Source: Vicugna vicugna
Lineage: Eukaryota
DNA length: 64,000 bases
Assembly: GCA_013265495.1 (NCBI GenBank)
Contig: MU058463.1
Span: 4,486,244-4,550,243 of the forward strand
Direction: 5' to 3'
In this document: piece by piece, positions 25,531-39,850 of the stretch
How the letters are laid out: the number at the start of each line of letters is the position of its first letter
Position numbering within the stretch: position 1 is the stretch's first letter
The notes under the pieces: generated by a model
What the model saw: only the letters and a program-made list of their open reading frames with translations
What the model was told of the DNA's origin: nothing
Database searches by the model: none
Made by a program: the position numbers and the translations under genes

Positions 25531-28500
25531 AGGAATAAACAACTTATAAAACTGTGAAGATATATTTCTGTTAGATTTTTAATGACTCTTAAGTATCTCT
25601 TGAGTGTGATGGAGAATATTCTTCTCTTGAAAACAAATGGCCAACCTGATGACAGGTGGAAGAAAGAATCTAGCAAATTATTATTTTTTGCAGAGTAGAC
25701 GACAAATAAGTACTTGCTGAGTAAATAAATAAGTGGAAGGAAATTGACATGCTTTTGTAGCTAAGGCTGGAAGGGCTCTATTAATCTCCCACAGGAGCCA
25801 ACATTCATTTTTTCAATGCTGTCTGAGGAAGGAGAAGTGTTCAAGTATCTCTGGCCATTTCTTTCCTCCTGGCAATTCCTGAAACAATCTTCAGGGTCCT
25901 GATGGCAGTTTGGAATCTTCATATAATACAGGCTATAAACAAAATCTATTAGCAAACTCAAGCACAATGTTTTGTGCACAATGTTAAGAGTAAATTATTT
26001 CAATACAAAATTTCAGAGGAAATCGTCACTGGAGTCCAATATTCTGAAACATGTGAACCAAGGGGCAGCAACTAAATCAAGTAAGATGTTGAAAGACATT
26101 TAAAGACCTCTCCTTTTGAATGTGATTATGCTTAACTGCATAACACTACTTTAAAAAATATCTTAACAGCTTGAAAATATTTTGGCCATTAGCTACATCA
26201 TGAAGGTAAGTGAGGATGAACATTCATGTAACCAATTTCAAGTGGATAAATGGAACCCAGCAATTGAGGTTGGCGTATATCGGAGGGGAGCTTAAAAAGA
26301 TTAGGCCTTAACAGTTGCTGTTTTAGAACTGTTGTCTATTAACATGCTTCCAAGAGACCCTCTTCCCCAACCTTTTATTTTTTCACAGTTGGACAAGGTA
26401 TAGACACCTGGTCATTCAGTGTCTCTGTCCAGGGAAACTGGAAATGGATCCAGAAGGCTAGTTCTTCTCTAGGTATGGGTAGATGTCACACTGAAAGTCA
26501 GGAGTGCTGGTAGCTTCATATTTCTGTGTGGATGGACAGTAGAGAAAGCCTGTTTGGAGAGGAGGAGAGGGAAATGGGGAGGGGAACAAGAGGAGGTGGG
26601 ATGAGGAAGAAAAGGAGGAGAGAATGTGGGAGAAACCAGACACACAGAAGCAGGGACAAGTGACAGTAAGAAAAAGAGAGTACCGCCTGGGTTCCCGAGG
26701 GATGCACAGCTCCGTTCCTTCCGTTCCTTCCTCGGTCCAGATTACGTTTGTACATATATTTGCATAATTGGCACTTTTCCTTCAAGCTACCTTGGTATGA
26801 TTTCTACAGCCTGTGAGGAGAGAGTCCTAAATAGCACTAGAGAAGAAATCAATGTTCCTTTTGTCCAGAATTATTTCAAATCAGTCTGGAAGTCAAACTC
26901 TGGCTAGATGGCCAGAGCTCCCTGTACCTGCTGTGGCCCGTGTCTCGTTTCTGGACTCTGGAGCTGAGTGACTGTGGAGTCCACCACCCTCAGGCGGATT
27001 GTTTCCAATGTTCCATTCCAACACTTGGGTTCCTACTGGAGGCTTGGCTGTCGGCTGCTTTGGGGGAATCACATCATTGCACAAACTTTACCTTCTCCTT
27101 CCTTCATTACTGACTGCAAATGCACACATCATAGATTGTTGGAACTGGAAAGGGCTTAGGAATCACCTGGTGCAGCCCCCTCATTTAATAGATGTGAAAA
27201 CAGAGGTTCAAAGGGATGAAGAGGCTTAGTCAATGTTACGTGATAAATTGGTAGCAAAGCCAGGACCAGAACCTTCCAATATTAGTCTCTTCCCTGTGTA
27301 CTGCCAGCTGAAGTGAGCATCTGTGTTGGGCTACAGCCAAAGAAAGAGAACCAACGCTGTGGGGAAGTGGTGATAAACTTCATGAAAAGCGACGATTTTC
27401 TTCAGCTCTCATCTTCTTGGGAGGCAGCTCAGAGTTCTCGTTCCCTCTGGCAGAGCAAAGTGTTCAGCCCCGCTCCCACAGCAAGAATAGCATTCAACTT
27501 TTCACAGCCTTCATTCTCAGGGTCAGTATAGTAAAGAACAGAAAAGCTCTGAGCTTAATTGGAACTTCTTTTGTAAAACCGAATGGAAGGGTCATTTAAA
27601 TGTCAAAACATTTTCCAGTGATCTGGGCAGCTTACCTTTCCCTAATGCAATTGCCAAATTTTTCGGCATGACATTTGCATTGTAGAAAGGCTTGCAGAGA
27701 ATTAGAAATCACACCAGGCCAGATTTTTTTATTCTTCTGCAATAATGGAAATAGGGAATTCCCATGGAGGTTTTGCAAACATTTTGTTTTTGTTTCTTTC
27801 AATTATTTTAGGGGACAGAAAATTAATTTCCAAGCTTTTTGTTGTTTTTCTTTTTTCGTGAACCATACTTTTCCTATGTATAAATTGCAATCACTAAGTC
27901 ACCCCAGAGTCCAAATTTCAACAAATTACTGAGGCAAATTGTTTATCTTAAAACAGTCAAATATTCACTATCAATAAAATTAATAATCAAACTGACACCA
28001 AAGCCATATTCATGGAGATGTTTTAATGGATAGTAATATATGCAGTATTCATTTTGTTACTTTAATTAATGGTCACTAGTGTGTACTTTTAATTAATCAT
28101 TCCCTACCTTGTGTGTTGAAAGAGGATAGTGAATTTAGTCGAACTCTGCTGTTCAAGACTACATCATTCAGTGCAATGGTATTTTGAGATCTGAAGTTTA
28201 GTTTGCTTGGTAAAAACTTCTTCATAGTTAAAAAGTCAAGTAACTTTTCATAGTGCAAACAAGGTATCAGGAAAACAGCTAAAATGCTTACTTTTTCTCT
28301 CATTTCCTTGTCAGAGCAACCACTCTGTAAGACAGGCATTAATACCCACTGTAAATTCCACTTACAGTTGAGACAAGAGAGTGTCAGAGAAACTTGATCA
28401 CACAGCTACTGTTTGGCTCAGCTGGAAAGTGAACCCAAGATTTTCTGACTCCACAGCCTGAGCTATTTTCTTTGCCAAGATACATCCAAGAACCATCCAG

Positions 28501-31500
28501 AAGCAGCTTACTTATTCATTAATTAACTTACTCATCAAGCATTTAATGAGTCTCTGTAACACATGGACCAGACAGGCTCTGGCAGTACCAAAATGAGCAA
28601 GTTCCAGATCCTAGCCTGGGGGCAGGAAGTGGAGATGGTTACCAGACAACAGGGCCACCTCTGTCACAGAGCTCTGTCCACAAAGAAACCACTAAAGACT
28701 AATTTTATTTGCTAATAATAAACTTTACTTACTTCTCCACCGAAGTCGTATTATTGGCATTCTTTGAGTTGCTTTGTGTAACTGAAATAGTAGAACTAAA
28801 TTCATTTCTTTCATAGCTTTCAGTAGTTCAGATTATAATATTTAAGGCTGGCCATTCACCAAGTAGCCCAACAGTAGTTAGGTTTTACCTTATTTACCTT
28901 GTTTATTTCTGAGTGGGGGATATTGTAAAAAATACAGCAAGCCAGGGTGCCATTTCATCCAAGGGATGACTGAAGTTCTCGGTATGAGTCAAAAAACCTT
29001 CTCTCTTCCACGAAGCTAGGAAAGTAATACCATTTCTGCATCACTATTTCACCATATGTGTTATTCTTGCAAACACTGTTCTTTGAAATCTTGTAAGTAA
29101 GATAAAATTTTAAAAGTGAGTGTTTTCTTCAGTTTTATACATATTTTTTTCCTAGAAACGTTTATCGAGCTTCTTCTAGCTTTCAGGTACTGCTTTCATA
29201 TACATTGGTATATGCAAAGGAAGGATGTTTATTTGAAGAAAGTCTGTTTCACTCATTATAACAAGTCATTTCACTATCTATAAATTGGAGATAAAAGCTG
29301 CTCTGCATACTTAAGTTTGTAAGTGGGATAAAATGAGATAATACATGCAAAATTATTTTGGGAGCTCTATCGGATAAACATTGTAGCTCTTGTAAAAGTA
29401 AACTTACATGCTCCAAAGTATGTAGTTCATAAATTGCAAAATGCATGGTGTGGTTTAAGTGAACTAAAGGATTTCATTTTTGAAACAAATTCTAAATGGT
29501 TAAACATCTTAGTGGTAAAAGTAATTTTAACACATTTGTTTTATTGGTTTAGGTGCTGAAATTTCTCATAGCAGGACACACTTGCCCTTCCTCTTAAAAG
29601 CACATCTGTTTTAATGGAATTTTTTGTGTAATGCTTCCATTTCAATGCCAGTTTGATCCTTGTATACTTGGTTTTCCTAGAACTCCAGTGTTTCTCCAAT
29701 GTCAACAAAAATGAGTGACAGCTTTCAGCACAAGCAGATTCAAAGTCTGGAAGCTTTTTAAAATCAGGTCTTTAATTTTCCATAAAGCTGGACCCCTGGC
29801 TGTGAGAATAACACTGATCAACAGCGTTGTCACAGTCCCAAGTCTATCATACTGTACTTAAATGTTGCTACAATTTGGTACAGAAAGTGCACCAGAAACA
29901 AATGATTAAATCTGAGCTTTGCCTGCTGTGAAAATTTCAAACAACCACATGAAAGGAGACAGGCTTGTGTTGTCAGCACCTACAAGTGCAGCATGAAGGT
30001 GCTGAAGGAGTGGGTAATTAATGATCTTGGAGAGATTGGAGGGCTGAGCAAAAAATGGTTCTGGGTGGGCTGCACCTGGGGGTGGGGCTGGCTGGTGTTA
30101 GTGTAAGTTCCCGCTAGAGCTGTGGATTGCCTCTGGGAGCATGTCAGTATTTCTCCCTAATTCGAGTTACTATTTGCAAAGGCTGTAAAAGAAGAGTCAG
30201 TTTTGTGTGGGCTGCCTGGAAAAGGAAAGTAAAACACCCAGTGGGCACTTGGCATTATAAAATTACCATGTACAATGCATTTAAGAATGAGGAGGAAAAT
30301 AGGGGGCAGGGGAAACCTATTCTTCCATTTCTATATTAATGGCAGAGTCCGGCAATAAAATTTCATTGCTCATGAAGTTAGAGTGCCTTGCTATAACAAT
30401 TCTAAGAGAGGCTTAGAATGCCCCAGTTGAATTCTTTAAACCACAGCCACCATCCATGAGAGTACACCGGGGATAGGGAGAGGAATGCTGAAAACTCAGT
30501 TAGGTCTGAGGATTGGCTCTACACTCTTCCTGCAATGGTTACCTTTGTTTCCAAACGTTTTTTTTAATTGAGATTTTCATTTTGTAGTCATATTATTTGT
30601 TAAGTTCAAAGACTTTTTTTTTCTCTCAGTGTTCTTAGATGTGTAGTTTTGTGTTTTTAGTTTGTGGATTAAGTCTAGTACTATCTTACCTCCCTGAGGG
30701 TTTCAGTTATAGTTTATCCAACGATTATCTGCTTACTGCAATATTTTTGTTTCCCCTGCGTTATTTTTGACTTTTTGGATATCTTAATTTCTCTCTTTCT
30801 TGTTGGAGGCTTTCCTCAAATTACTAATGATTCTTGACTTCCACTCATTTTTAAGAATGAGGCCATAAAATGTTGGTCAGTACCATGTATAAATGGGAAA
30901 GGTTTATCAATGGGTAGCTTCCTTACTGAGGGACCCCCACCTGTCAGTACATGCAAGTCTTTTGGTTTGGTCAGTTTCCTATCAGAAAGGTTTAGACCTT
31001 TCTATCGGCATCCTGGAGGAAGTGAGCAGGAATCTCACCATTTACTTAATGCCCATATTTTCAATATAACACACTGACCTCAGTTCTGCCTATCCACTGA
31101 GCTCAGAATCTCTCTGGTTTTTAAGGAGTAAACCTCTGTCTTCTGTTGAGGTGGGAGAGACTCCTGGGTTCTAAATGCACTTTGTACAGATTTTCAGTTT
31201 ATCCTCTTGTTTTAATAGCTCACTGGTACTCCCACTTCCATATAAAAGGGTGCCTCCAATTCCTGAGTTTCTCTGTGGGTCGGCCTGGCTTCTTCCCCTT
31301 GCTGGTGGTAGGTCACTCTTCTCAGCTCTGTGTCATCAATTACCTCTTATTCACCAGCCTTCTAATTCCCAAAGTTGTTTTATTGTTGTCTTCTTTCTTG
31401 TTGTCTTTTTCTTTGTGGATTCATACCCTTAAAAACTATTTATCATCTAATGAGATTTTGGGAAGGTACTGAAAAACACTATGTGTAAGTGGTCTCAGTG

Positions 31501-32885
31501 GTTTTTTTTTTTTTAATAATTCTTTTAAAAGTCTGGTTGTAAAAGTAATGTGGGTTATTTTAGACAACTTGTTAAATTAGGAAGTGTAATAAAAATAATC
31601 TAGAATCCTACTTTCTGTGGCTAATTAACATTTTGGCTATTCCCTTGAAGTCATTTTTTTCTAGAATTATTTTTTGTGTTTTTGAGACCATTTTGTAGCT
31701 ATAATTTTTTATCTTCTTTCATTTTTACTCACCATTATAAGGATTTTCCATGTTATTAGAACAATTTGTAAACATTATTTTTATAAGCTCTATTATACTG
31801 ATTTCAATATACCACAGTTTATTTGGCCATATGTCTATCACTGAGCATTCAGGATGTTTCCCTTTTTATAATATTTTTAAAAGTTGGGAAATGAAAATAT
31901 GTATATAAAGTCTTTTCTGTATTTTGAAATATTTTTAAGGAATAAATTCCAGGAAGTAAAATTATTGAGTCAGAAACATATGAGTGTTATTAAGACCATT
32001 AATATATTAAAGCAAGCATTATATATTTTTAGCATTTAGTAGCAATTAAATCAGCAGAGTAGTTACCTGGCTATTTACAATTATCTGACATTCTCTTGTT
32101 TCCTACCATGTCATGAGGAAGCCAAAGGTGGCTCATGGCTCTGCCTGGCTTTGCCTCAATACCCATCCTTACAGTAAAGTCCACCTCTGACATTTGCAGG
32201 GCCGTTGGTCAAAGAATGAATGGAAGCTCTAAACACATAGCCCTCCCACTTTCTCTTCCCACACCTGGCTCTGGCTTGGAATGCATGTGCGTAGATGTTC
32301 CAGTCTCTTCATCCAAGTGAATCCACACCTTAAATAGCTTCAACTTGGGCATCACAAGGAACTAGAGGTGTCTATACTGGCAGTATAGTCCACCTTTGGG
32401 AGGAAAGATTTGGGGGCAGTTTGGGCAGGGAATTTCAAGATTGCAGATCCCCAGAAATGTGGTCTAGAATGTAAAGGGGAGGGCATGCGCTTTAGGTAGG
32501 CACTTTTCTTCCTTGATCTGTGGACTCTTTGCTTTGTGGGGAGGGGTGCAGTCATAGTGAGGCCAGAGTGGGGGCCTCCAAAGCTTAGGACCCATGGCAG
32601 GGGCCCTAGTAACCTGGGCCTAAGGGCAGTGTTACTTACAGCCTATGCACACTTTACTCCAGAAGCAGTTCCCTCCAAGCACGACCCAATTTAGCAGAGG
32701 ATGAAAGTAGGGTAGGGGAAACCAGGGAGTGGGGATGGTGGCAGGGATATGGGGAGAAAAGGGGATAAAGAGTAGTGTCTTGTCCATTTTTCCCCCAAAA
32801 GCAAAGATAGACATAATCTAACTCTACTGCGTGTAGTTCTCTTGTATGTGAAAGAGAAAAACAGATTCCACCAAATACAATCCTA

Positions 32886-33338
32886 TAGTGGATTGAGTAA
32901 CAATGACTCAAAGATATTAAGCCTCAAGCCTTGGAACTTGTTAATGGTACCTTAAATGGAAAAGGGGTCTTTATAGATGCAACTCAATTAAGGATCTTGA
33001 GATGAGGCTATTACCCTGGACTATCTGGGTGACCTTTAAATGCCATCACAAATATCCTTGTAAGAGAGAGACAAAAGGAGATAATATAGACAGAGGAGAA
33101 GGTTATGTGGAGACAGAGCAGAGGGAGAGGCAGCTACCAGCCAATGGATGCTAACAGTCACCAGAAGCTGGAAGAGCCAAGGAGAAGATTCTTTTCTGGA
33201 GCCTCCAGAGAGAGCACAGTCCTACTGACACCTTGATTTTGGACTTCTGTCTCCAGAGATATGAGGAAATAAATTTCTGTTGTTTTAAATCACACGGTTT
33301 GCAATAGTCTGTTATAGCAACCATGGGAAACTAATACA
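32886..33338 (+). mobile_element. MLT1C-like MaLR solo LTR
   Basis: TTAAGGATCTTGAGATG..ATTACCCTGGACTATCTGGGTG...CACCAGAAGCTGGAAGAG...GACACCTTGATTTTGGACTTCTG...GGAAACTAATACA end. Confidence 0.88.
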
Positions 33339-34804
33339 AGTACTATTAAATGAAAACTATCATTACCACCTTCCTTTCAATCCCTAACACATGGGTTTCA
33401 AGAAATAGAAAGCAACATTCTTAGATAATGCTTTGTCTGGCCAGGATTTTTGCAGAACACCAGTTAACATTTTCATAGTCTGGAGAAGCTGATATTCAGG
33501 ACAAAGACATACTATATATAATTCCTGGGATTGCTGCATGTCACCAGAGATTAATATCCCCAGCTCTACTCACCTAAGCAACACAATATAGGATAAAGAC
33601 TACAATTTTAAAATTAGATTTGGCTCAACTCTTAACTCTACCATTTACTAGATGTGTGCTTTGGGGCGTATTACATAACCTCTTACCTTGCGACATTGGA
33701 GATAAACTTGTTCTAGTACCATCTTCAGAGACACCTCAAAGGAACCATGTATCTTTCTTGAAGATCTCTCCTGATCAGGTCTAGTCTTTGTATATGTATT
33801 CTTTTAATCCAGTCCAGGGCTCATAAACTCTGGGCACTCAGAGATTATAGTGTGAAGAATGTAAGTTTTTCAAGATTTGGATAAGTTGGTTCATATAAAA
33901 TTTGAATGGTCTAAAACAGCACTTTTTAAGACCAAAGGAATGAATATCTAATGGTAGAAATTTATATATTATGGCTGGCTCCTGAGGGTGATTTTTCAGT
34001 CCAAATTGCATTGTATTTGTAAATTTCAGGAATAATCTATTGATAAATCAGCCTTTTTATTATCAGTATTTCTTTTTGTTCATTAGCACAAGGGGACAAA
34101 AGGAATGCAGTTATAAAAATAATGAAAAAATAGGATTTATCCTCTTATGTTATTATTGCAGTCTAGAAGGGTTTATACTTAGAACAAGACTTATTTCGCT
34201 TTATGTGGGAGAAAAATCAATTGAAAACCACAAGGGATAAACAATCCCCGTTAAAGATCTTAAAGAGTGGAGTTGTGAACACTAAAATTTCCATGAATAG
34301 CAGCAGACCATCCTTAACTTATCACACTGGACTGAAGCCAACATTCACAGCTGCTCTTTCGTCTCGACTGTGCAGAAGCAGCTTATCTGAAATTAGTTTT
34401 CCTCTGTATTTCTTACAGGGGAGTGCTCCTTTTGACTTAGTCTGGAATTAAAATGTTCATTACTAAATGCCCACTTTTAAATTTAATCTGTTAAAAGGAT
34501 TTGGTGCCTCCTTCTGGGATACCCGAAGGTGGATCTGAAGGAGGTGGGGTTGGGTTGCAGAATGATTGCAGTGATAATATCTGTTACTGCTGTAGGAGTA
34601 TCCTGAGTGACTATGAGATGAAGTCGCTGATGTGTGGACCTGATGTGTTGTTAGTGGGAGACAGAACAGCTGGTTTTATTTATTTCATTGTTGTTCTGTG
34701 GCGGCGGGGAGGATGATTCCAAAATGGAGGCACTGAGAAGCTGGAACTTGGTGATCAAGTCAGTTCAAGAAGGTGGAATATCTGACTAAACAATAAGGAC
34801 ATTT

Positions 34805-34973
34805 TGGCTGGTGCGGTAGATCCTGATTTGTAGTATTTCTTATGTTTGTGAAATAAACACTCTCAACATGGCTGATTTTAAGCTACAGTGTGATGTCAGG
34901 TGGCTCACAAAATTTCTGAGAATTTGACATTTGGCTCTGACAAGCTGGTAACAGACAGATCCAGCACATCACT
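34805..34973. mobile_element. MER63-like hAT DNA transposon MITE
   Basis: CCTGATTTGTAGTATTT...CATGGCTGATTTTAAGCTAC...GGCTCACAAAATTTCTGAGAATTTGACA...CCAGCACATCACTG terminus. Confidence 0.7.
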
Positions 34974-35000
34974 GGCAAGATAGGGGCTGAAATGTGCTTT

Positions 35001-35001
35001 T

Positions 35002-35032
<31 letters not shown>
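35001..35032. repeat. (TG)n microsatellite
   Basis: TG dinucleotide run with one interruption. Confidence 0.95.
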
Positions 35033-35890
35033 ATGGAATTCTCCATTATAAATGGAAGTTGTTTAGGTCAGAGATACAGTCTAAGAGCCCAGGGTCTTGA
35101 GGACATTTGAACATTGGGAGATCAGATAACTGTAAGGCATGTCTGGTCTGTCTTTGACCTTACACGTGAGTTGTTGCAGGTAGTAACATTCTGAGCATGT
35201 GCTGGTGGCTGTAAGGTCATTGTGAGTTTTGTTGGGCAGGTGAATGGCTCTGAGGACTGTCCAGAATTGTATCAGGAGTTATGTGTCTCTGTGGCCAGTG
35301 ACAGTGTATATTGTGTCCTGTCCTTATCAAACAAGGTACCAACTTTTTGTGCCTCTAGGGACACCAGTAGGCACTCATATGCGTGCTACTGTCCCTAAGC
35401 ATTTGTTCAGTGATAACCTCTGACTGCTTCTTTGAGCTGCTGTGGGGCTGTAGACCTATACTGAGTTTCACATCTAGATATATTTGTGGAAAGGATTCCC
35501 CCTGCTTTACAGGCTACTTTTGTTTCTGAGAAAGAACATTTGTATGGCAATCTGTCCACAAATGATGAAGTGTGGCTGCCAGCACACACTGAATTCTGAG
35601 GGTTTCTAAGTTGTTGCAAGTGACAGAGGAAGGTCTTAGAACATCTTCAAGGAGCACCAGTCTCCTTGGGGTAATGCCTGTATGCCTTGAAGGCACTGTC
35701 ATTGACCACATGTGTCCCCATACACCAGAACTGACTGTGATCGAGACCCATGTTCCGAGAAACACAGAAGAGACAAGGTCGTTCAAGCCAGTGTCCTACT
35801 GGATAGAAAGTTACACACATCCATGTTGAGTGTAAACCAACGAAGAGCCTCATTAAGCACCACCACAAGTGTTTGCATTATCCTCTGCAA

Positions 35891-36070
35891 CAGGGATTGG
35901 CAAACCATGGCCTCGAGGTTAAACCCAGTCCCACTTCCTGTTTGTGTAAAGGTTTATCATAACAGGGCCATGCCTATTCATTTGCATACGGTCTATGGCT
36001 GATCTGTGCTACAGCTTGCAAAGCCAGCAACCTTTCCTATCTGGCCCTTTACAAAGAGTCATCCCCTCCT
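35891..36070. mobile_element. MER58A-like hAT-Charlie MITE
   Basis: CAGGGATTGGCAAACCATGGCC...CATTTGCATACGGTCTATGGCTG...TATCTGGCCCTTTACA. Confidence 0.78.
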
Positions 36071-36149
36071 GGTTCTCTGCTCTGCTGACCCCGCATCTTC
36101 ACTTCCCCAATTTCTCTGCTTTCAAGTTGGCAGTCATGCAACACAACAG

Positions 36150-36261
36150 AGGCGTGAACTAACACTGTGATGGAAGTCACATCACAACACATCGCAGTGT
36201 CCAGTCAATATGCTGTACGCCTTAACTTTGCACAGTGTTATATGTCAATTACATCTCAAAA
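36150..36261 (+). mobile_element. short L1MA-like 3' end
   Basis: ATGCTGTACGCCTTAACTTTGCACAGTGTTATATGTCAATTACATCTCAAAAA resembles the L1MA terminus. Confidence 0.65.
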
Positions 36262-36821
36262 AGATAGGACTGACTAGGGTATGTTGTATAGCGTATTGTG
36301 CCTGTTTCTTCCTTGGGCTTTATCTCAGGTTTTAGGAGTTCCCATGATGCTAATGAGAACAGAAGACTTCAAAAAACGATGAATGATGGTTGACGTTAAG
36401 TATGAAATCCTTCCTTCCTATATTTAAATTCTCTTTTGAAAAGTATGGGAAATTGAGTAGAGGGGTGGAAAAAAAAGCAGAAATGTTAAAGGAATTTCTT
36501 TAGTTCCAGTTTTAGAAGAAAGAACTGATTTTTCTTCTTTTTGAAATTTTCCCCTTTCTCAGAAATTGAGGAATGAACCTTGTCCCTCTGGCAAAAAAGA
36601 ACATCCCATGCTCTCCCTTTTTGGGGGGAGAAGATCCTTCTTAGCAATAGTCACCACATATGTTCTTGACATGCAACATGGACAGCAGCTATTCACTCCC
36701 ACAATTGCTAAGGAAAAAAAGTCTTCCATAAGTTCAGCCAAAGGGCAAAAGTGTCATATTTACGACATGAGACACCCTCCAAATATTTGGATTAGGGTTG
36801 AAAAACTGACTGAAACGACCA

Positions 36822-37242
36822 TGTCAGTTTTCTAGAACTGCTGTAATGAAGTACCACAAGCTGAGTGCCTTAAAACAACAGGAGTGTATTCTCTCATAGT
36901 TCTGGGGGCTAGAAGTCCAAAATTGAGGTGTTGGCAAAGAGCCTACTGGGGGGATCCTTCCTTGCCTCTTCCAGCTCCTGGTAGCCCCAGGCACTCCATC
37001 ACCTATGGAAGGCGAACTCCAGTCTCTGCCTCAGGCTTTACATGGCCATCTTCCCTGGGTGCCTGTGTCTGAATTTTCTCCTTCTTATAAGGACATCAGT
37101 AATAGTGGTTTAAGCTCCCCCCACCGCCAAATGACCTCATCTGAACTCAATTACATCTGCAAAGACCCTATTTCCAAATAAGATCACATTCACAGGTATT
37201 GGGAAACATATCTTTTGGGTGGACATAATTCAAGCCGTAACA
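36822..37242 (-). mobile_element. MLT1B/C-like MaLR solo LTR
   Basis: GTACCACAAGCTGAGTGCCTTAAAACAACAG...TCTTATAAGGACATCAGT...TACATCTGCAAAGACCCTATTTCCAAATAAGATCACATTCACAGGTA. Confidence 0.85.
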
Positions 37243-39629
37243 GTGACCAAATAGTGAACCATGACTTGGTGCAAAAGAATGAATTGAGGCAACCACATTC
37301 TCTATCTTGGGAATCTGAAATTAAAACAAAGTAGTTGAAAATTTTTTTTAAAAGGATGTCATGGATCAGGACTGTGACTAGCCAAAGCTGTATGCAAACT
37401 GAAATTATAAGGGAGCAGAAAAGATCAAAATAGGTAAAGAGAGTAAAAGAGAGATATCATGCAGAGTAAAAAGGGATAAGGAGAGACAGATGGAAAGCAA
37501 AATTATATTTTGCCCAGCAGCTTCAATTCTTCAGCTGAGCATCCTTCTATTTAAGGTACCACCCCGCAACCTTGGGATAACCCGAGTGGCTTTTTGTTAC
37601 TTGGAAACAAAAGAACAAAGCCCTAACACCTGTTGTGGCCCACAAGATTTAGGCAGGGAGGCTCAGGTTGGGATGTGACAAGAGGGACAAGGGAGAAGAA
37701 AGTGAAGAACAGAAGATCTCAACTCATTACTTTCCTGTTTTGTTTATGTTTTGTGGCTCATCTTTGTTTTCGGTCCCAGATTCTCATAGGCAGCATTTGT
37801 TTGTAAAATCACACTGACCTTCAAATCCAGCTATAACAAAAGATGAGGAAAAGCTCTTATTGATATTACATTCCTTTATTAAGTCATACATTGCTCGTTC
37901 TCCCAGGCTCAGCTAGAAGAATAGAAAGATCAGTAAATACACCCACATACAGGCACACACTCCATCCTTTTTGCTTCTCAAATTCAGTCTTCTGTCTTGA
38001 CTAAAATTTCCATTTCTATGTTTTTGTACAACATGAATTGTTTGCTTGGTCAGTAAAAGACAATGTGATGGAAAAACCAAGTATTACACTTTTCTGAAGA
38101 CATGCTGACACTTCCTGTATGGGCATTGTCTCAAGTGCACCCTAGATTCACTACGTGGGGTTGAGAGCCCAGCCAGCTGTGGGCTCAGGGTGGACTCTTC
38201 CTTACAGCTGGAGATGGGTGTCACTCTCTCCTAAAGAAGCTGCATATTAACATTTTCAACACTCCTGAGTATAATACTCTTGTGCACCTGTAGAGGTGGC
38301 AAAATAAATTGGATGAAGCCTCAGCTTTTCTTCCTGACCAATAGAAACAATCTCGTGGGAGTTTTTTTTAGCTTTCCAAGATACTCTGTTCTGTTAAAGT
38401 TTCCTATATCAACCTCCAGAAAATCAACACAATTTTTCTGTAAATAATTTAAGTTCTCATTAAGGCATTTGCCTTTTGGCAATTTTATATCAAAGTGGGG
38501 AACATTTTTTCATTCTTAAAAGCTTTCAAGATGGAAATTTTCATCCTTGGCCTCTGAAGATAATGTCTTTATTCTTGTTTGTGACTTTCGTTCTGAGGTA
38601 CAGAGCCAAGTTGAATCCTAAACTATGTTTGCTACTTTTGACTTTGGCAGGCAACTTTCATCTGAATGCCTTTCTCTCTCGATCTTTAACAATCGATGTT
38701 TCAGGTGTAAGGGTGTTCCATTTTATTGAGAAGCCTTCTACGAATTGCCAGAGTTTCTTTTATGTGAACCTTGACATACATTACTAACGTGGTTGTAAAA
38801 TCTTTACAATCATGTTATCTGTCAGGACCTGAGAATGATGTATGAACGTTGTCAAGCAGAAGATACATCTTGCTGGAAAAACTATATTAGGGGGTTGCCT
38901 GGCGCATTTAAATCAGTAATGCTTGTTTTAACGCAAGGAAAATTGTTCCTGGGTTTAATAAAAGCAAATCATGTAAAATTCTGTGTAACATACTATGAAA
39001 AGTTCTTTAGGTACCCGAAAATTTTTGTTTAATTAGTTTATTTATCAGATAAGGGGAGAAAATTCAGGTATGGCATAATCAGGGAGCACGTGAATGAAAC
39101 CAATAGAAAAATAACTGTTCCGTAATTGTTTTCCATTTAGGATATTTGATTTGTTCTTTAAAAATCTGGATTTTCATGTGCTTCTCTTTTGTTGTTTATT
39201 AACCTTAACTTCATCATGTTAAAGGTAAAGAAATACAGGGCAAAATAAAGCCCATACTTTTCTTTTGCTGTGTTCCATTTAAAAGAAGAAAAATGAAAGT
39301 GAAGAGTAGGACGTGATTATCCTCTCCATCCTCTCTAAAGAAACTTTCCTGGTTTCTTTATTTTTTGTTTTGTGTAGACTTGATGTTACCATATTAAGAG
39401 AGGAGTAATTACTACATAATTAAGTTTACTCTCTCAGATGCAACTGTCAATTTATTTTGTTTTGCATTTTTGAAAGTTATTAGAAAACATACCTCATCCT
39501 TGTTTTTGTGTTATTCCGGCCTGAATAATAAGTCATGTACCATACCAGATATTTCATTCATTGCACATCTCCTGAGCTCTAAGCTTTTTTTGGTTGTTGT
39601 TATTTCCCTTTGACTCGGGGAAAAGCCAG

Positions 39630-39850
39630 GATCTATTTAAAAAGCAGATTGAGTCCAGATTCTGGAGGCAGACTATCTGGTTTCAAGTCTTGGCTCTGCC
39701 ACTTATTAGCTTTATGACCAAGGGCCAGGCACGTAATCTCTCTTTAACAGCTTCTTTATGCATAAGATGAAATAATAATGTTATCTTTCCTATAGGGCTG
39801 GAAGAGCACCATGTAGAAGTTGGGACTATGTAAGTGTTAGCTTTCACTAT
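39630..39850 (+). mobile_element. MIR SINE fragment
   Basis: TCTGGAGGCAGACTATCTGGTTTCAAGTCTTGGCTCTGCCACTTATTAGCT. Confidence 0.75.
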
